The translations under genes were made by a program, and so were the position numbers. The notes under the pieces were generated by a model. It ran no database searches, was not told where the DNA came from, and saw only the letters and a program-made list of their open reading frames with translations. From an uncultured Bacteroidota bacterium (GTDB taxonomy: Bacteria; Bacteroidota; Bacteroidia; Bacteroidales; SZUA-534): 64,000 nucleotides of DNA. Position 1 is the stretch's first letter, and every line of letters begins with the position of its first letter. This document shows, one piece after another, positions 34,732-43,499 of this stretch. The stretch is taken from contig CAMJCK010000009.1 in NCBI GenBank assembly GCA_946404125.1, forward strand, positions 14,006 to 78,005, read 5' to 3'.

Positions 34732-35370
34732 CTACTCACAACTCTCCCTCAGCACCTGGAGCGCCTCCGGTCCGCAGTTCATTACAAGGTCGATAATCGA
34801 CAGGTTTGGAATGAAGCCGAATCGCTCGCCGAAAACCTGCGTGTAAGGCTGCGGCGCAAAGTGCGTGTCAGCCGATTGGTGCGACTGTTTCGGGTGGATT
34901 GTGTTGCGATAGTCGGGACAATCGGGGGTGTGAACGTAATCGGTGGTCAGGGCCGTGTTATCGGGCGTTTTCAGCCATTTCTGGCACACTTCGAGTATTG
35001 CGCGGTTATAGTCAAGCAGAAAATCGAAACGGCGCTCGTAGAACGGCAGAATGTCGTCGGCATAATAGTCGAAAAACGGCGACGACTTGTAGAGCGACCG
35101 AATGGTGTTGAAATGATTCTTCTGCCACGGCGTTTGGTAGGCAATGCGAATGTCGCGCGTCATTGGGTTGTGCGTATCGCTCTTAAGAATAGGCACTTGC
35201 AGCGTCTGAACGCAGTTGGGGCCGTAGAGCGCGCAGCGGTTGCGGTAGCTCTGTTTGGGAAATGTTTCAAACTGCTCTATCAGCACCTGCCGATGGCTGA
35301 CAATCTTTGTAAACCATTGAACTGGCGGCCAATAGGCGGTGCTTAATAGACAAGTGCTGGTAGCGGACAT
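34732..35370 (-). CDS. WbqC family protein
   Basis: LSTAYWPPVQWF...IEQFETFPKQSYRNRC... matches the WbqC-like (PF08889) N-terminal signature. Confidence 0.75.
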   Translation of the reverse strand: MSATSTCLLSTAYWPPVQWFTKIVSHRQVLIEQFETFPKQSYRNRCALYGPNCVQTLQVPILKSDTHNPMTRDIRIAYQTPWQKNHFNTIRSLYKSSPFFDYYADDILPFYERRFDFLLDYNRAILEVCQKWLKTPDNTALTTDYVHTPDCPDYRNTIHPKQSHQSADTHFAPQPYTQVFGERFGFIPNLSIIDLVMNCGPEALQVLRESCE

Positions 35371-35630
35371 AGTTTTTATTTTGGTGAATTGTTTAATTGG
35401 TGAACTGGTGAATTGGTGAATCGAAAGGTTTAGTCGCTTCGCTGATTTGAGTAATGTTTAATGTGTAAAGTGTAATGAATCGTAATTTTTAATTCAAAAA
35501 TACTAAATACTAAATAACTAATGCCTAATGCCTAAAACCTTGTTTTAAGTGTAAAGTGTAATGAATCGTAACTCGTAATTCATAATTCGTAATTCACTAG
35601 TGCCTAATCCCTAACCCCTAACACCATATT
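35371..35630. repeat. 260-bp spacer built entirely of tandem 7/8-nt word arrays and longer direct repeats
   Basis: ggtgaatt-type octamers (TGA at 35385, 35401, 35409, 35417). 23-bp direct repeat gtgtaaagtgtaatgaatcgtaa at 35463-35485 and 35549-35571. atactaa/aatgcct heptamers. On the minus strand, gttaggg-type heptamers give TAG (as cta) at 35597, 35604, 35611 and 35618 just after the ROK stop. Confidence 0.8.
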
Positions 35631-36578
35631 TTACAAATTAGCCAAGACAAGAGCGCTAGCGCCGAGAATTGCCGCATTGTCGCCCAACTGCGACGGCAGC
35701 ACCTGCGTTTTGTTCTTGAAGATATTCAGCATATTGGCTTCCATTGCGCGGCGTGTGGGCTCGAAGAGAATCTCGCCTGCCTTTGCCAAACCGCCAAACA
35801 AGAATATGGCTTGCGGGCTTGTAATTGCCACAAAATCAGCCAAGGCACGGCCCAACATTTCGCCTGTGAACTCAAAAACTTCTCGTGCAATGGCGTCGCC
35901 CCGAGCGGCCACCTGCGACACTTTCAAAGCCGTCAGTTCGCTGTTTGGAATTGAGCGTAACTCACTGTCAATATTGCGTTTAGCCAACAGTTCGGTTGCT
36001 GTGCGCACCACGCCCGTTGCCGACACGTAGGTCTCAAGGCAGCCCTTGCGCCCGCAGCCGCAGTCGCGCCCATCACGCTCAACAATCACGTGGCCACACT
36101 CGCCTGCAAATCCGTCGTGGCCGTAGAGCATCTTGCCGCCAGTCACAATGCCGCTGCCAAGGCCCGTTCCAAGGGTAATCTCAATGAAATCGGTCATTCC
36201 CTTTGCACCGCCGTACACCATCTCGCCAATGGCGGCTGCGTTGGCGTCGTTGGTCAGGAATACGGGCACACCGAATTGATTCTTAAAGGCTTCAACAATC
36301 TTCACAAGGCCCTTCCACGGCAGGTTGGCGGCATTCTCAATGCAGCCGCTGAAGTAGTTGCCGTTGGCCGCGCCAATGCCAATGCCCACAAGTTTGCAAG
36401 GCTGCTCAATCGTGCCAAGCAATTGCCTTATGCCTTCGGAAACAGCATCAGCAAACGCCTGAAAAACAACGTGCCCGCTAGTGGGTATGCTGCTTTGGGC
36501 GAGTATCTCGCCATTGTCGGTCACAAGGCCGAAAGCGGTGTTTGTGCCGCCAATATCGATTCCAACTGAAAGATTCAT
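35631..36578 (-). CDS. ROK family sugar kinase (glucokinase-like)
   Basis: GIDIGGTNTAFG, ATPase fold, and the zinc motif GHVIVERDGRDCGCGRKGCLE. Confidence 0.9.
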   Translation of the reverse strand: MNLSVGIDIGGTNTAFGLVTDNGEILAQSSIPTSGHVVFQAFADAVSEGIRQLLGTIEQPCKLVGIGIGAANGNYFSGCIENAANLPWKGLVKIVEAFKNQFGVPVFLTNDANAAAIGEMVYGGAKGMTDFIEITLGTGLGSGIVTGGKMLYGHDGFAGECGHVIVERDGRDCGCGRKGCLETYVSATGVVRTATELLAKRNIDSELRSIPNSELTALKVSQVAARGDAIAREVFEFTGEMLGRALADFVAITSPQAIFLFGGLAKAGEILFEPTRRAMEANMLNIFKNKTQVLPSQLGDNAAILGASALVLANL

Positions 36579-36677
36579 ATTTTTAAAAGTTTAGAGTTGA
36601 GAAGTTTAGTCGCTTCGCTGTTGAGAAAGTTGAGTGATTCTCTATTTAATCCAACATTAAACTGTTGAGTTTTAAGA

Positions 36678-37097
36678 TTATACGATTAAATCATTTGTGC
36701 TTATTTCTTCATCAAATTCGTTAATTAACTCTGGCAAAAATGATTGGTCTATTTCATAATTGATAATCAATGATGAATGGCACATTGTATTATCCATTTC
36801 AAAATGATTTGACTGTATTTTACAAATCATTTGTTCGTTTTCTTTATAAAAGTAAATTTCTAATTCTCTTTCAATTAAAGTGAGATTTGCGGAACATCTT
36901 TTACCATTATAGAAATCAGACAATTCATTCTTAAATGTTTCAAATGAGCCACATAAATCCCCAACAGTTAAAGATGCACTGAAATATTTATACGCAATTT
37001 TAATATCGAACTCCCAAATAGGTACAACATCTTGTTTTATCTGTGTCCTTTCAAGAGTCATTACCAATGTTCTGTGTTTATCATAAAAGTGTATCAT
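36678..37097 (-). CDS. Hypothetical protein (AT-rich orphan)
   Basis: 139-aa ORF with clean ATG, visibly AT-rich relative to its neighbours. No signal peptide and no recognised motif. Confidence 0.55.
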   Translation of the reverse strand: MIHFYDKHRTLVMTLERTQIKQDVVPIWEFDIKIAYKYFSASLTVGDLCGSFETFKNELSDFYNGKRCSANLTLIERELEIYFYKENEQMICKIQSNHFEMDNTMCHSSLIINYEIDQSFLPELINEFDEEISTNDLIV

Positions 37098-37114
37098 ATT
37101 ACATCATTGAAATC

Positions 37115-38389
37115 CTAACTCCTTACGTGCTTGTATTTGAATATGATAGCAAACGAAATTGCCACGGCCAATGCGAACGCTGCAAAAATGTACCAAGCAA
37201 CTGACCAACCCTGCATCATATCGAACGACGGGTCGCCTAATCGGTTGTAAACGAAGCGATTGACCACCATCTGCGAAAGCAGCGAGCCTACCGTTGCGCC
37301 AAGGCCGTTGGTCATCATCATAAACACGCCCTGCGCGCTTGAGCGAATGTCGTCGGTGGTGTTCAGGTCGACAAAAAGCGAGCCGCTGATATTGAAAAAG
37401 TCGAATGCCACGCCGTAAACAATCATCGAAAGGACGAAAAGCCAAACGCCGCCTTCGGGGTCACCCAAACCGAAGAATCCGAAGCGGCAAACCCACGCCA
37501 GCATCGAAATCAGCATCACTTTCTTAATACCTAACCGCTTCAGAAAGAATGGGATAAGAAGGATACAGAGCGTCTCGGAAACCTGCGAGAGCGAACTCAG
37601 CATTATGTTGTGGCGCACTGCGAAGGCGTCCGCATAGTCGGGATTTTGGCCGAAGTCGCTCATAAAAGTGCCCGCAAAACCGAACGTCACCTGAAGGCAC
37701 ATTCCGAGCATAAACGAGAAAATGAAGAACTGCCGCATCTGGCGGTTGCCGAAGAGCGTGAACGCCCGCAGCCCAAGCGCTTCAACTATCGACGCCGAGC
37801 GTTTGCCGCCGCTTGTGGGGCAGTTGGGTAGCGTGAAGGCATAAACGGCCAACACAAGCGACCACGCCGCCGAAATGAACAACTGGCGGTAATCTTCCTT
37901 AAAATCAGTCAAATCGACAATCCACATCGACACAATGAAACCTATGGTGCCGAAAACGCGAATGGGCGGATAGGCGCTCATCGTGTCCATCCCCGCGCGC
38001 TCTAACGCATTGTACGACACCGAGATTCCCAGCGCTACTGTCGGCATAAAGAATGCCACGCTGGCGGCATAGAACGGGAAAATCTGCGCGAAAGTGACAT
38101 CGGCGCCGTATCGCATCCCCATCAATCCCGCCAAAGCCATAAAGACGGCGGCCAATCCCTGGCACATTCCGAGCAGCCGCTGGGCGGGAATCCATTTGTC
38201 GGCCACAATGCCCATCAAGGCTGGCATAAAAAGCGACACTATGCCCTGCACGGCGAAAAACGCTCCAATGCTTGTGCCCATCCCGATATTGCCCAAATAG
38301 ATACCGAGCGAACTCAGATATGCACCCCACACGGCGTATATCATCAGGTTCATTGCAATAAGGCGGATTTTCAATGCTAAATTGTTCAT
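37115..38389 (-). CDS. MFS transporter, nucleoside:H+ symporter (NupG-like) family
   Basis: 12-TM MFS layout. N-terminus KIRLIAMNLMIYAVWGAYLSSLG resembles the NupG/XapB family. ATG at 38389 is preferred over the TTG at 38395. Confidence 0.7.
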   Translation of the reverse strand: MNNLALKIRLIAMNLMIYAVWGAYLSSLGIYLGNIGMGTSIGAFFAVQGIVSLFMPALMGIVADKWIPAQRLLGMCQGLAAVFMALAGLMGMRYGADVTFAQIFPFYAASVAFFMPTVALGISVSYNALERAGMDTMSAYPPIRVFGTIGFIVSMWIVDLTDFKEDYRQLFISAAWSLVLAVYAFTLPNCPTSGGKRSASIVEALGLRAFTLFGNRQMRQFFIFSFMLGMCLQVTFGFAGTFMSDFGQNPDYADAFAVRHNIMLSSLSQVSETLCILLIPFFLKRLGIKKVMLISMLAWVCRFGFFGLGDPEGGVWLFVLSMIVYGVAFDFFNISGSLFVDLNTTDDIRSSAQGVFMMMTNGLGATVGSLLSQMVVNRFVYNRLGDPSFDMMQGWSVAWYIFAAFALAVAISFAIIFKYKHVRS

Positions 38390-38407
38390 TGTCAAATAAA
38401 TTATTCT

Positions 38408-38572
38408 GATTACTGATTGGATTGAGCAGAGGCGCTGCTATTGTTTTGGGGTTTTGCCGATGCCGGTTTGGCAGTCAGCTTTGGGCGGATTTTGCCCAAC
38501 CGCTTCGCCTTCTCCCAAGCGGCCTTTTTGGCTTCATACTCCTCGTAGTGGCGCTCCAAATAATTATCAGCC
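38408..38572 (-). CDS. Small hypothetical protein (54 aa), below the ORF-track cutoff
   Basis: My manual translation: MADNYLERHYEEYEAKKAAWEKAKRLGKIRPKLTAKPASAKPQNNSSASAQSNQ, with ATG at 38572 and TAA at 38408-38410. It lies 18 nt upstream of the transporter. A TAATTTTG box is on the minus strand at 38612-38619. Confidence 0.4.
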
Positions 38573-38680
38573 ATAGTGTTAACTGTGATTTCTATTTGTT
38601 TATTACGAAAGCAAAATTAAACGATTGAAGATGTTGTAGCAAACACACAGGCATCAACTTTTAAACTTTATAAAGCACTC

Positions 38681-39307
38681 CTAAACCATCAACTCAAACA
38701 CCTTCACTCCGCCATCGCACGACACCTCACTGAAACCCACGCGCTTCAGATAGCGGGTATGGTAATTACTACCCGAAATGGCGGTTATCTTATTGATTTT
38801 ACGTTTTTTAAACTCATCGCGATTCTCGTTGAAAAGGAAGTTGCCGACCTTAAAGTCGCGGTATGTGGGAATCACATAATCGAGCTCCACAAGCAAGCGG
38901 CCGGGTTCCATCTCGTTGGCCAGAAAAATACCGGCAATGTTCATATTCCGCACAATCATATAGGCGCACGAATATGGCGCGTCGTTCAGCGAAAATTCAG
39001 GAAAATGCCGCTGAATATCAGCCTTATAATGATTGATAAACGGCACAACAAGACTGTCCTCGCTATTGATTTCCATCAGTTTGAAGACGTGCTTCATAAA
39101 TCGGTTGCGGACAATGTAGACAATGTTGACGCAGGCAATGGCAGTATTCATCAGAGCCACAGGATAGGAACCGATGCACAAACCATACACAATGTAAAGA
39201 ATACAGCCCATTGTGTTGATAATGCGCAACCGGATGACCGAAGTCATCATCATCGCCAGCAGCAGCAGCGCCGACGCCACATATCCAATTATCTCAACAT
39301 TGCTCAT
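38681..39307 (-). CDS. Hypothetical membrane protein: YgjV-like N-terminal TM region plus GNAT-like C-terminal domain
   Basis: Three predicted TM helices in the first approx 70 aa, resembling YgjV. The soluble C-terminus has an acetyltransferase-like beta/alpha pattern. Function not established. Confidence 0.6.
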   Translation of the reverse strand: MSNVEIIGYVASALLLLAMMMTSVIRLRIINTMGCILYIVYGLCIGSYPVALMNTAIACVNIVYIVRNRFMKHVFKLMEINSEDSLVVPFINHYKADIQRHFPEFSLNDAPYSCAYMIVRNMNIAGIFLANEMEPGRLLVELDYVIPTYRDFKVGNFLFNENRDEFKKRKINKITAISGSNYHTRYLKRVGFSEVSCDGGVKVFELMV

Positions 39308-40611
39308 AACTCACCTTCCTTATTTTCGATAATCGATTCAGAATCAACTTTATCCGCCTTGCACTTGGCAATCGAAATAGCATCGAGTTTTGGTATCGGC
39401 CTGAAGAAAACACGATAGAACCGGCTGATGAACCGTGTGCGGATAAGCGGTATCAAAACCGATGTGGTCAGAATGCTGACAAACACCACGTTATACACAA
39501 TTATCTGAATCTCAGAGCCTTCGGGAATGCCATACTGAAGCGGCAATCCTGCCAGGACGGCGGCGGCCAAGCCTTTGGGCACCATTGCCGACATAACCGA
39601 CTTGTCTTCCCAGGTGATGTCGGTGTCGCGCACCAGAAACCGCGTTGAAACGAGCCTTGCAAGGTAGATGGCCCCTACCAGCGCCGCCGCAATGATGAAG
39701 AAGTACGACGACTCGAACGGAATGGCCATTCCCAGATAGACAAAGAAGTAGATTTTCAGAAGGAAGACGATTTCGCTGTACAGCTTGCGCTCCAGCTCGG
39801 TGATGATGCCGTCGGGCAGCTTGCTTTTAATCTTTTCAGGCAGATGAATCTTGCTGTAGTTGCCCAGCACAATGCCGAAAGCAAGCGCTGTGATGGCGCC
39901 GCTGAACCCGAAATATTCGGCCATACCATATACAATGAACATAAACGCGAATGTGGTAAACTGCGTGTTGGGGAATGTCTTAATCCAGTTCATCAGCCGC
40001 AGCCAGACATAAGCCGCGCCAACGCCCAATGCCGATGCCAGCACCAGCGACGAAATAAGCGAGCCGGCAATCTTGCCCAATTCAACAACGCCCGTCGAAT
40101 AACTACCTAAAAAGCTGATTGCAAACACGATACACAACACATCGGTCAAAGCCGATTCCAAAACCAGAACGGTGCTTGGCTTGTCGCTCATACGCAGCAA
40201 ACGAACCATTGGCAGCACCACCGCCGACGATGTGCCGCCCAAAATGAAACCGGTGATGAACGACAGCAGCCACGAGTAGTGAAGCATATAGTGCAGCAGC
40301 ACCCCGACAATAATGGCGGTTATGAAGAAGAAACTGACCGTCAGTTTCGATGCCGTGCGCATTGAGCCGCCAATGCTCGATAGTTCCATATTCAGGCCGC
40401 CTTCAAAAAGAATGATGATAAGGGCGACACTTGTGAGCACCTGCCCCAACATTCCAAGGCTGTCAATCGAAGCCAGATGAAAAACCGGCCCGATGAGTAT
40501 GCCGACAAAAATCAAAATGAGCACATCGGGAATGCGCGTCTTTTGGTAGAGTATTGTCAGATAGTGCGAAAAAAAGTAAAGCAGGCCGATACAGATAATG
40601 GTTATTTCCAT
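39304..40611 (-). CDS. Cation:proton antiporter (Na+/H+ exchanger family)
   Basis: 435 aa with about 12 TM helices and a Na_H_Exchanger-like pattern. Its stop overlaps the downstream start (ATGA at 39304-39307). Confidence 0.85.
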   Translation of the reverse strand: MEITIICIGLLYFFSHYLTILYQKTRIPDVLILIFVGILIGPVFHLASIDSLGMLGQVLTSVALIIILFEGGLNMELSSIGGSMRTASKLTVSFFFITAIIVGVLLHYMLHYSWLLSFITGFILGGTSSAVVLPMVRLLRMSDKPSTVLVLESALTDVLCIVFAISFLGSYSTGVVELGKIAGSLISSLVLASALGVGAAYVWLRLMNWIKTFPNTQFTTFAFMFIVYGMAEYFGFSGAITALAFGIVLGNYSKIHLPEKIKSKLPDGIITELERKLYSEIVFLLKIYFFVYLGMAIPFESSYFFIIAAALVGAIYLARLVSTRFLVRDTDITWEDKSVMSAMVPKGLAAAVLAGLPLQYGIPEGSEIQIIVYNVVFVSILTTSVLIPLIRTRFISRFYRVFFRPIPKLDAISIAKCKADKVDSESIIENKEGEL

Positions 40612-40744
40612 AATAATCAGTTTTTTACATTTACATCAGATGCCGAACAACCTTGCGGTCATTCTCGGCGCCAAAAGTTTCAATAAAATTACAAATTCTA
40701 CGAATAATCAAAACTTTTCGCACATTTTTTCGCTTCGCACCAAT

Positions 40745-40769
40745 AAAAGAAAAGGCGCCCGAAAGCGCC
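40745..40769 (-). terminator. Rho-independent terminator after galM
   Basis: The minus strand reads GGCGC-TTTCGG-GCGCC followed by TTTTCTTTT. Confidence 0.7.
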
Positions 40770-40807
40770 AATTCAATTATAGTTTTCCCGAATTTTCGTG
40801 ATTGGTA

Positions 40808-41830
40808 TTACCATCCAAACTTATAAACCAGCGTCTGGCGGTAGGTCTCGCCCGGGCGCAGAACCGCCGACGGGAACATCGGTTTGTTGGGCGCGTCAGG
40901 GATGCCTTGCGGTTCGAGAGCCACGGCGCAGTATGAGCAGAACGGCTTGCCGCCCTTGCCTATCTGTGAGCTGTTGAAGTGCATTGCGGTGTAAACCTGC
41001 AAGCCAGGCTGCGTTGAGTAAACTTCAACAAAACGGCCCGATTCGGGGTCGGTTACGCGGCCGCAGAAGCCCATTTCGCCAGCGGGCTTGTCGATAATCC
41101 AGTTGTGGTCGAAGCCTTTGAAGAGTTGAATCTGCTCGTAGGGCGTGTTGATGGCGTCGCCGATTGCAACAGGCTTGCGAAGGTCCATTGGGGTGCCTTC
41201 AACGTTGCGAATCTCGCCCGAAGGAACGCCGTCGGCAATGGGTGTGAACTGCTTGGCATTCACTTCAATCTGATGGCTGAACACAGGGCCGCTGCCCGCA
41301 CCGCGCATATTCAGGTACGGGTGGCTCGTCAAGTTGATGACGGTCGGTTTGTCGGTTGTGGCTTCAAAATCGATGATGAACTCGTTGTCGTCAGTCAGCG
41401 AATATATGGCCTTAACGTTCAGATTGCCAGGATAATTCTCATCGCCATCGGGACTGAAAAGTGTCAGTTCGTAGGCTGCGGTGCGGCCTGCTATTTTGGT
41501 TTCTTTCACGTCCCAATCGCGGCTGTTGAAGCCTGTCGGGCCGCCGTGCAGGTGGTTTTGACCATCGTTCAGCGCAAGTTGGTACTCCTTGCCATCAAGC
41601 ACAAAGTGGCCTTTGGCAATGCGGTTGGCAAAGCGTCCGCAGATGGCGCCAATGTAGGCGTCGCCGTCGATGGCTTCCTGAACGGTGTCGTAGCCAATCA
41701 TCACGTCAACCTTCTTACCTGGATTTTGAGTATCAGGCAGTTGCACCGAAATTACTTTTGCGCCGCGCGGCATAAATTCAATTGTCAAACCGTTTTTGTT
41801 CGACAACTGGTATGTTTTTGTCTCACTCAT
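40808..41830 (-). CDS. galM: Aldose 1-epimerase (galactose mutarotase)
   Basis: GQNHLHGGPTGF, the FCGR...VYSTQPGLQVYT and ALEPQ motifs of the aldose epimerase family. Confidence 0.9.
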   Translation of the reverse strand: MSETKTYQLSNKNGLTIEFMPRGAKVISVQLPDTQNPGKKVDVMIGYDTVQEAIDGDAYIGAICGRFANRIAKGHFVLDGKEYQLALNDGQNHLHGGPTGFNSRDWDVKETKIAGRTAAYELTLFSPDGDENYPGNLNVKAIYSLTDDNEFIIDFEATTDKPTVINLTSHPYLNMRGAGSGPVFSHQIEVNAKQFTPIADGVPSGEIRNVEGTPMDLRKPVAIGDAINTPYEQIQLFKGFDHNWIIDKPAGEMGFCGRVTDPESGRFVEVYSTQPGLQVYTAMHFNSSQIGKGGKPFCSYCAVALEPQGIPDAPNKPMFPSAVLRPGETYRQTLVYKFGW

Positions 41831-41965
41831 TTTTTGTGTTGTTTTAGAAAATTTTCGTTGGCTAAGATACTATGGTTTCGCATATTTCCATAGCCGCTCA
41901 AAAACAAAAAATCGCCATAAGGTTGAATTTCTCGAAATTCTCAGTTCAAAACGTTTAAAAAGCCG

Positions 41966-41973
41966 TATTTTTG
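41966..41973 (+). promoter_or_regulatory. Candidate -7 promoter box
   Basis: TATTTTTG lies 17 nt upstream of the ATG at 41990. Confidence 0.4.
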
Positions 41974-41989
41974 AAGCAAACTATCAATT

Positions 41990-42673
41990 ATGAAAAACGC
42001 AATTCTCTGTATATCGCTAATGATAATTAGTGTGGCGGCATCAGCGCAGCAGTATCCTTTGAAAAACATTTATAATGTTGAAGTCAGACACTGTTGGGGC
42101 TATAGAAAAGATTCTGTTTTATATTATACCATAACAAGCATTGACTCAATTGTACCGCACGGAGACACGATTTTTAAAAAGGATTTTTTTGCTGAAGGTT
42201 GGCAATTCCGACACGACACTTTATACGAGCATCGTCAAGATAAATACCAAAATGGCGGTTATGTAATGAATGGGAAAAAAGAGGGTTTGTGGAATATATC
42301 TTATCCGCCAAAACTGTTTGATGAAGGAACAATCAGACACGAACTCGCATACTATTATAGAAACGAATTCATCGCACACTGGTACGATGACCCTATTCAT
42401 CCGTTTAACTATTACTATTTTCTTGACGACACTATATGTTTCAGTGTTGACGGATACCATAAAGATTATGTTTTGAAAATGTATTCGGCTGACACTATGT
42501 ATTTTAAAATCACTACTGACGATTGCTTTTTCTATATTGATGATGTGCTTGTTGACACGATGAAACTTCGTGACTTGAATTCAATATTGAGGGTTGATAT
42601 ATATGGTGGTTGGAATACTCGTAAATACAAAATGATTCGCGACAGCGTAAAAAACACAAAGAACTACAAATGA
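41990..42673 (+). CDS. Hypothetical secreted protein, paralog 1 (MORN/YwqK-like GxxxGxW element)
   Basis: Signal peptide MKNAILCISLMIISVAASAQ. GKKEGLWNISYP motif. AT-rich. The C-terminus ...KYKMIRDSVKNTKNYK parallels the next gene. Confidence 0.65.
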   Translation: MKNAILCISLMIISVAASAQQYPLKNIYNVEVRHCWGYRKDSVLYYTITSIDSIVPHGDTIFKKDFFAEGWQFRHDTLYEHRQDKYQNGGYVMNGKKEGLWNISYPPKLFDEGTIRHELAYYYRNEFIAHWYDDPIHPFNYYYFLDDTICFSVDGYHKDYVLKMYSADTMYFKITTDDCFFYIDDVLVDTMKLRDLNSILRVDIYGGWNTRKYKMIRDSVKNTKNYK

Positions 42674-43347
42674 AATATTTATCACTATTATCGATTGTGT
42701 TGGCATTAGTTGCAACACCCGAACTGGCATCTTCTCAAATTATTAAAACTGATGTTTGGATTCGGCAGAATGGAGAAAAAGACTCTGTAATTGTTTACAA
42801 GGAATACACAATCGATACCATTGTTGGAAATGACACCGTTTTCTTCGTTCAATATTGGCACAAAGAGTGGCTTTTCGATTCAAAAGGGGAAATAATAGAC
42901 CAATGTCTTGAAAAAGAGTGGACAAGTGGCAAAGTATACAAAGGATTAAGGAACGGACTTTGGGAAATATCAGATTTAAGAAGCAGTTGTTTTTCTTGTT
43001 TAAGTGGCAGTAGTTTTTCTTGTGGTGCTTTTGCGACCACCTCTATGTTGTATTATCGAGGGAATAACATACAAACATTTTCCAACAAATTAGACGAATA
43101 TTTCTTTTTGAAAGACACACTGAAATTCAGCAATTGTCCCGGTGATAGAAATTATATCGATTATTTCTATCCCGATACAATCAATATCATTGTGACTAAA
43201 GATTCTTTTTTGGTAAAAATCAACGACATACCATTACTTAAAGAAGAAACGAGATTCATAAACGAAGTTTGGGCTGATATTGAACAAGGATTTATATTTA
43301 ACCGCAAGTACAAAATTCTGCTCGACAGTATAAAAAATTGTAAATAA
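42670..43347 (+). CDS. Hypothetical secreted protein, paralog 2
   Basis: Signal peptide. KGLRNGLWEISD motif. The C-terminus ...KYKILLDSIKNCK parallels the previous gene. Its start overlaps the previous stop (ATGA). Confidence 0.65.
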   Translation: MKYLSLLSIVLALVATPELASSQIIKTDVWIRQNGEKDSVIVYKEYTIDTIVGNDTVFFVQYWHKEWLFDSKGEIIDQCLEKEWTSGKVYKGLRNGLWEISDLRSSCFSCLSGSSFSCGAFATTSMLYYRGNNIQTFSNKLDEYFFLKDTLKFSNCPGDRNYIDYFYPDTINIIVTKDSFLVKINDIPLLKEETRFINEVWADIEQGFIFNRKYKILLDSIKNCK

Positions 43348-43499
43348 AATATTTGTTCTCATTATTAGCGTTCAATGAAAGAATGCCGGTTCTACAATAA
43401 AATGGCGTTTTAACAAAGATTTTATCGATTAAATCAGCCACAACTTGTGTCAGAATAGGCGAAACATCGATATATAAACCGACATTGCGGGCAGCACGT

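Noticed and set aside
35371-35630. Possible CRISPR array, because of the many short direct repeats here and in other spacers
   Set aside because: Repeat units are only 7-8 nt (plus one 23-bp pair) with no unique spacers of 25-40 nt between them. No cas genes are in the window.
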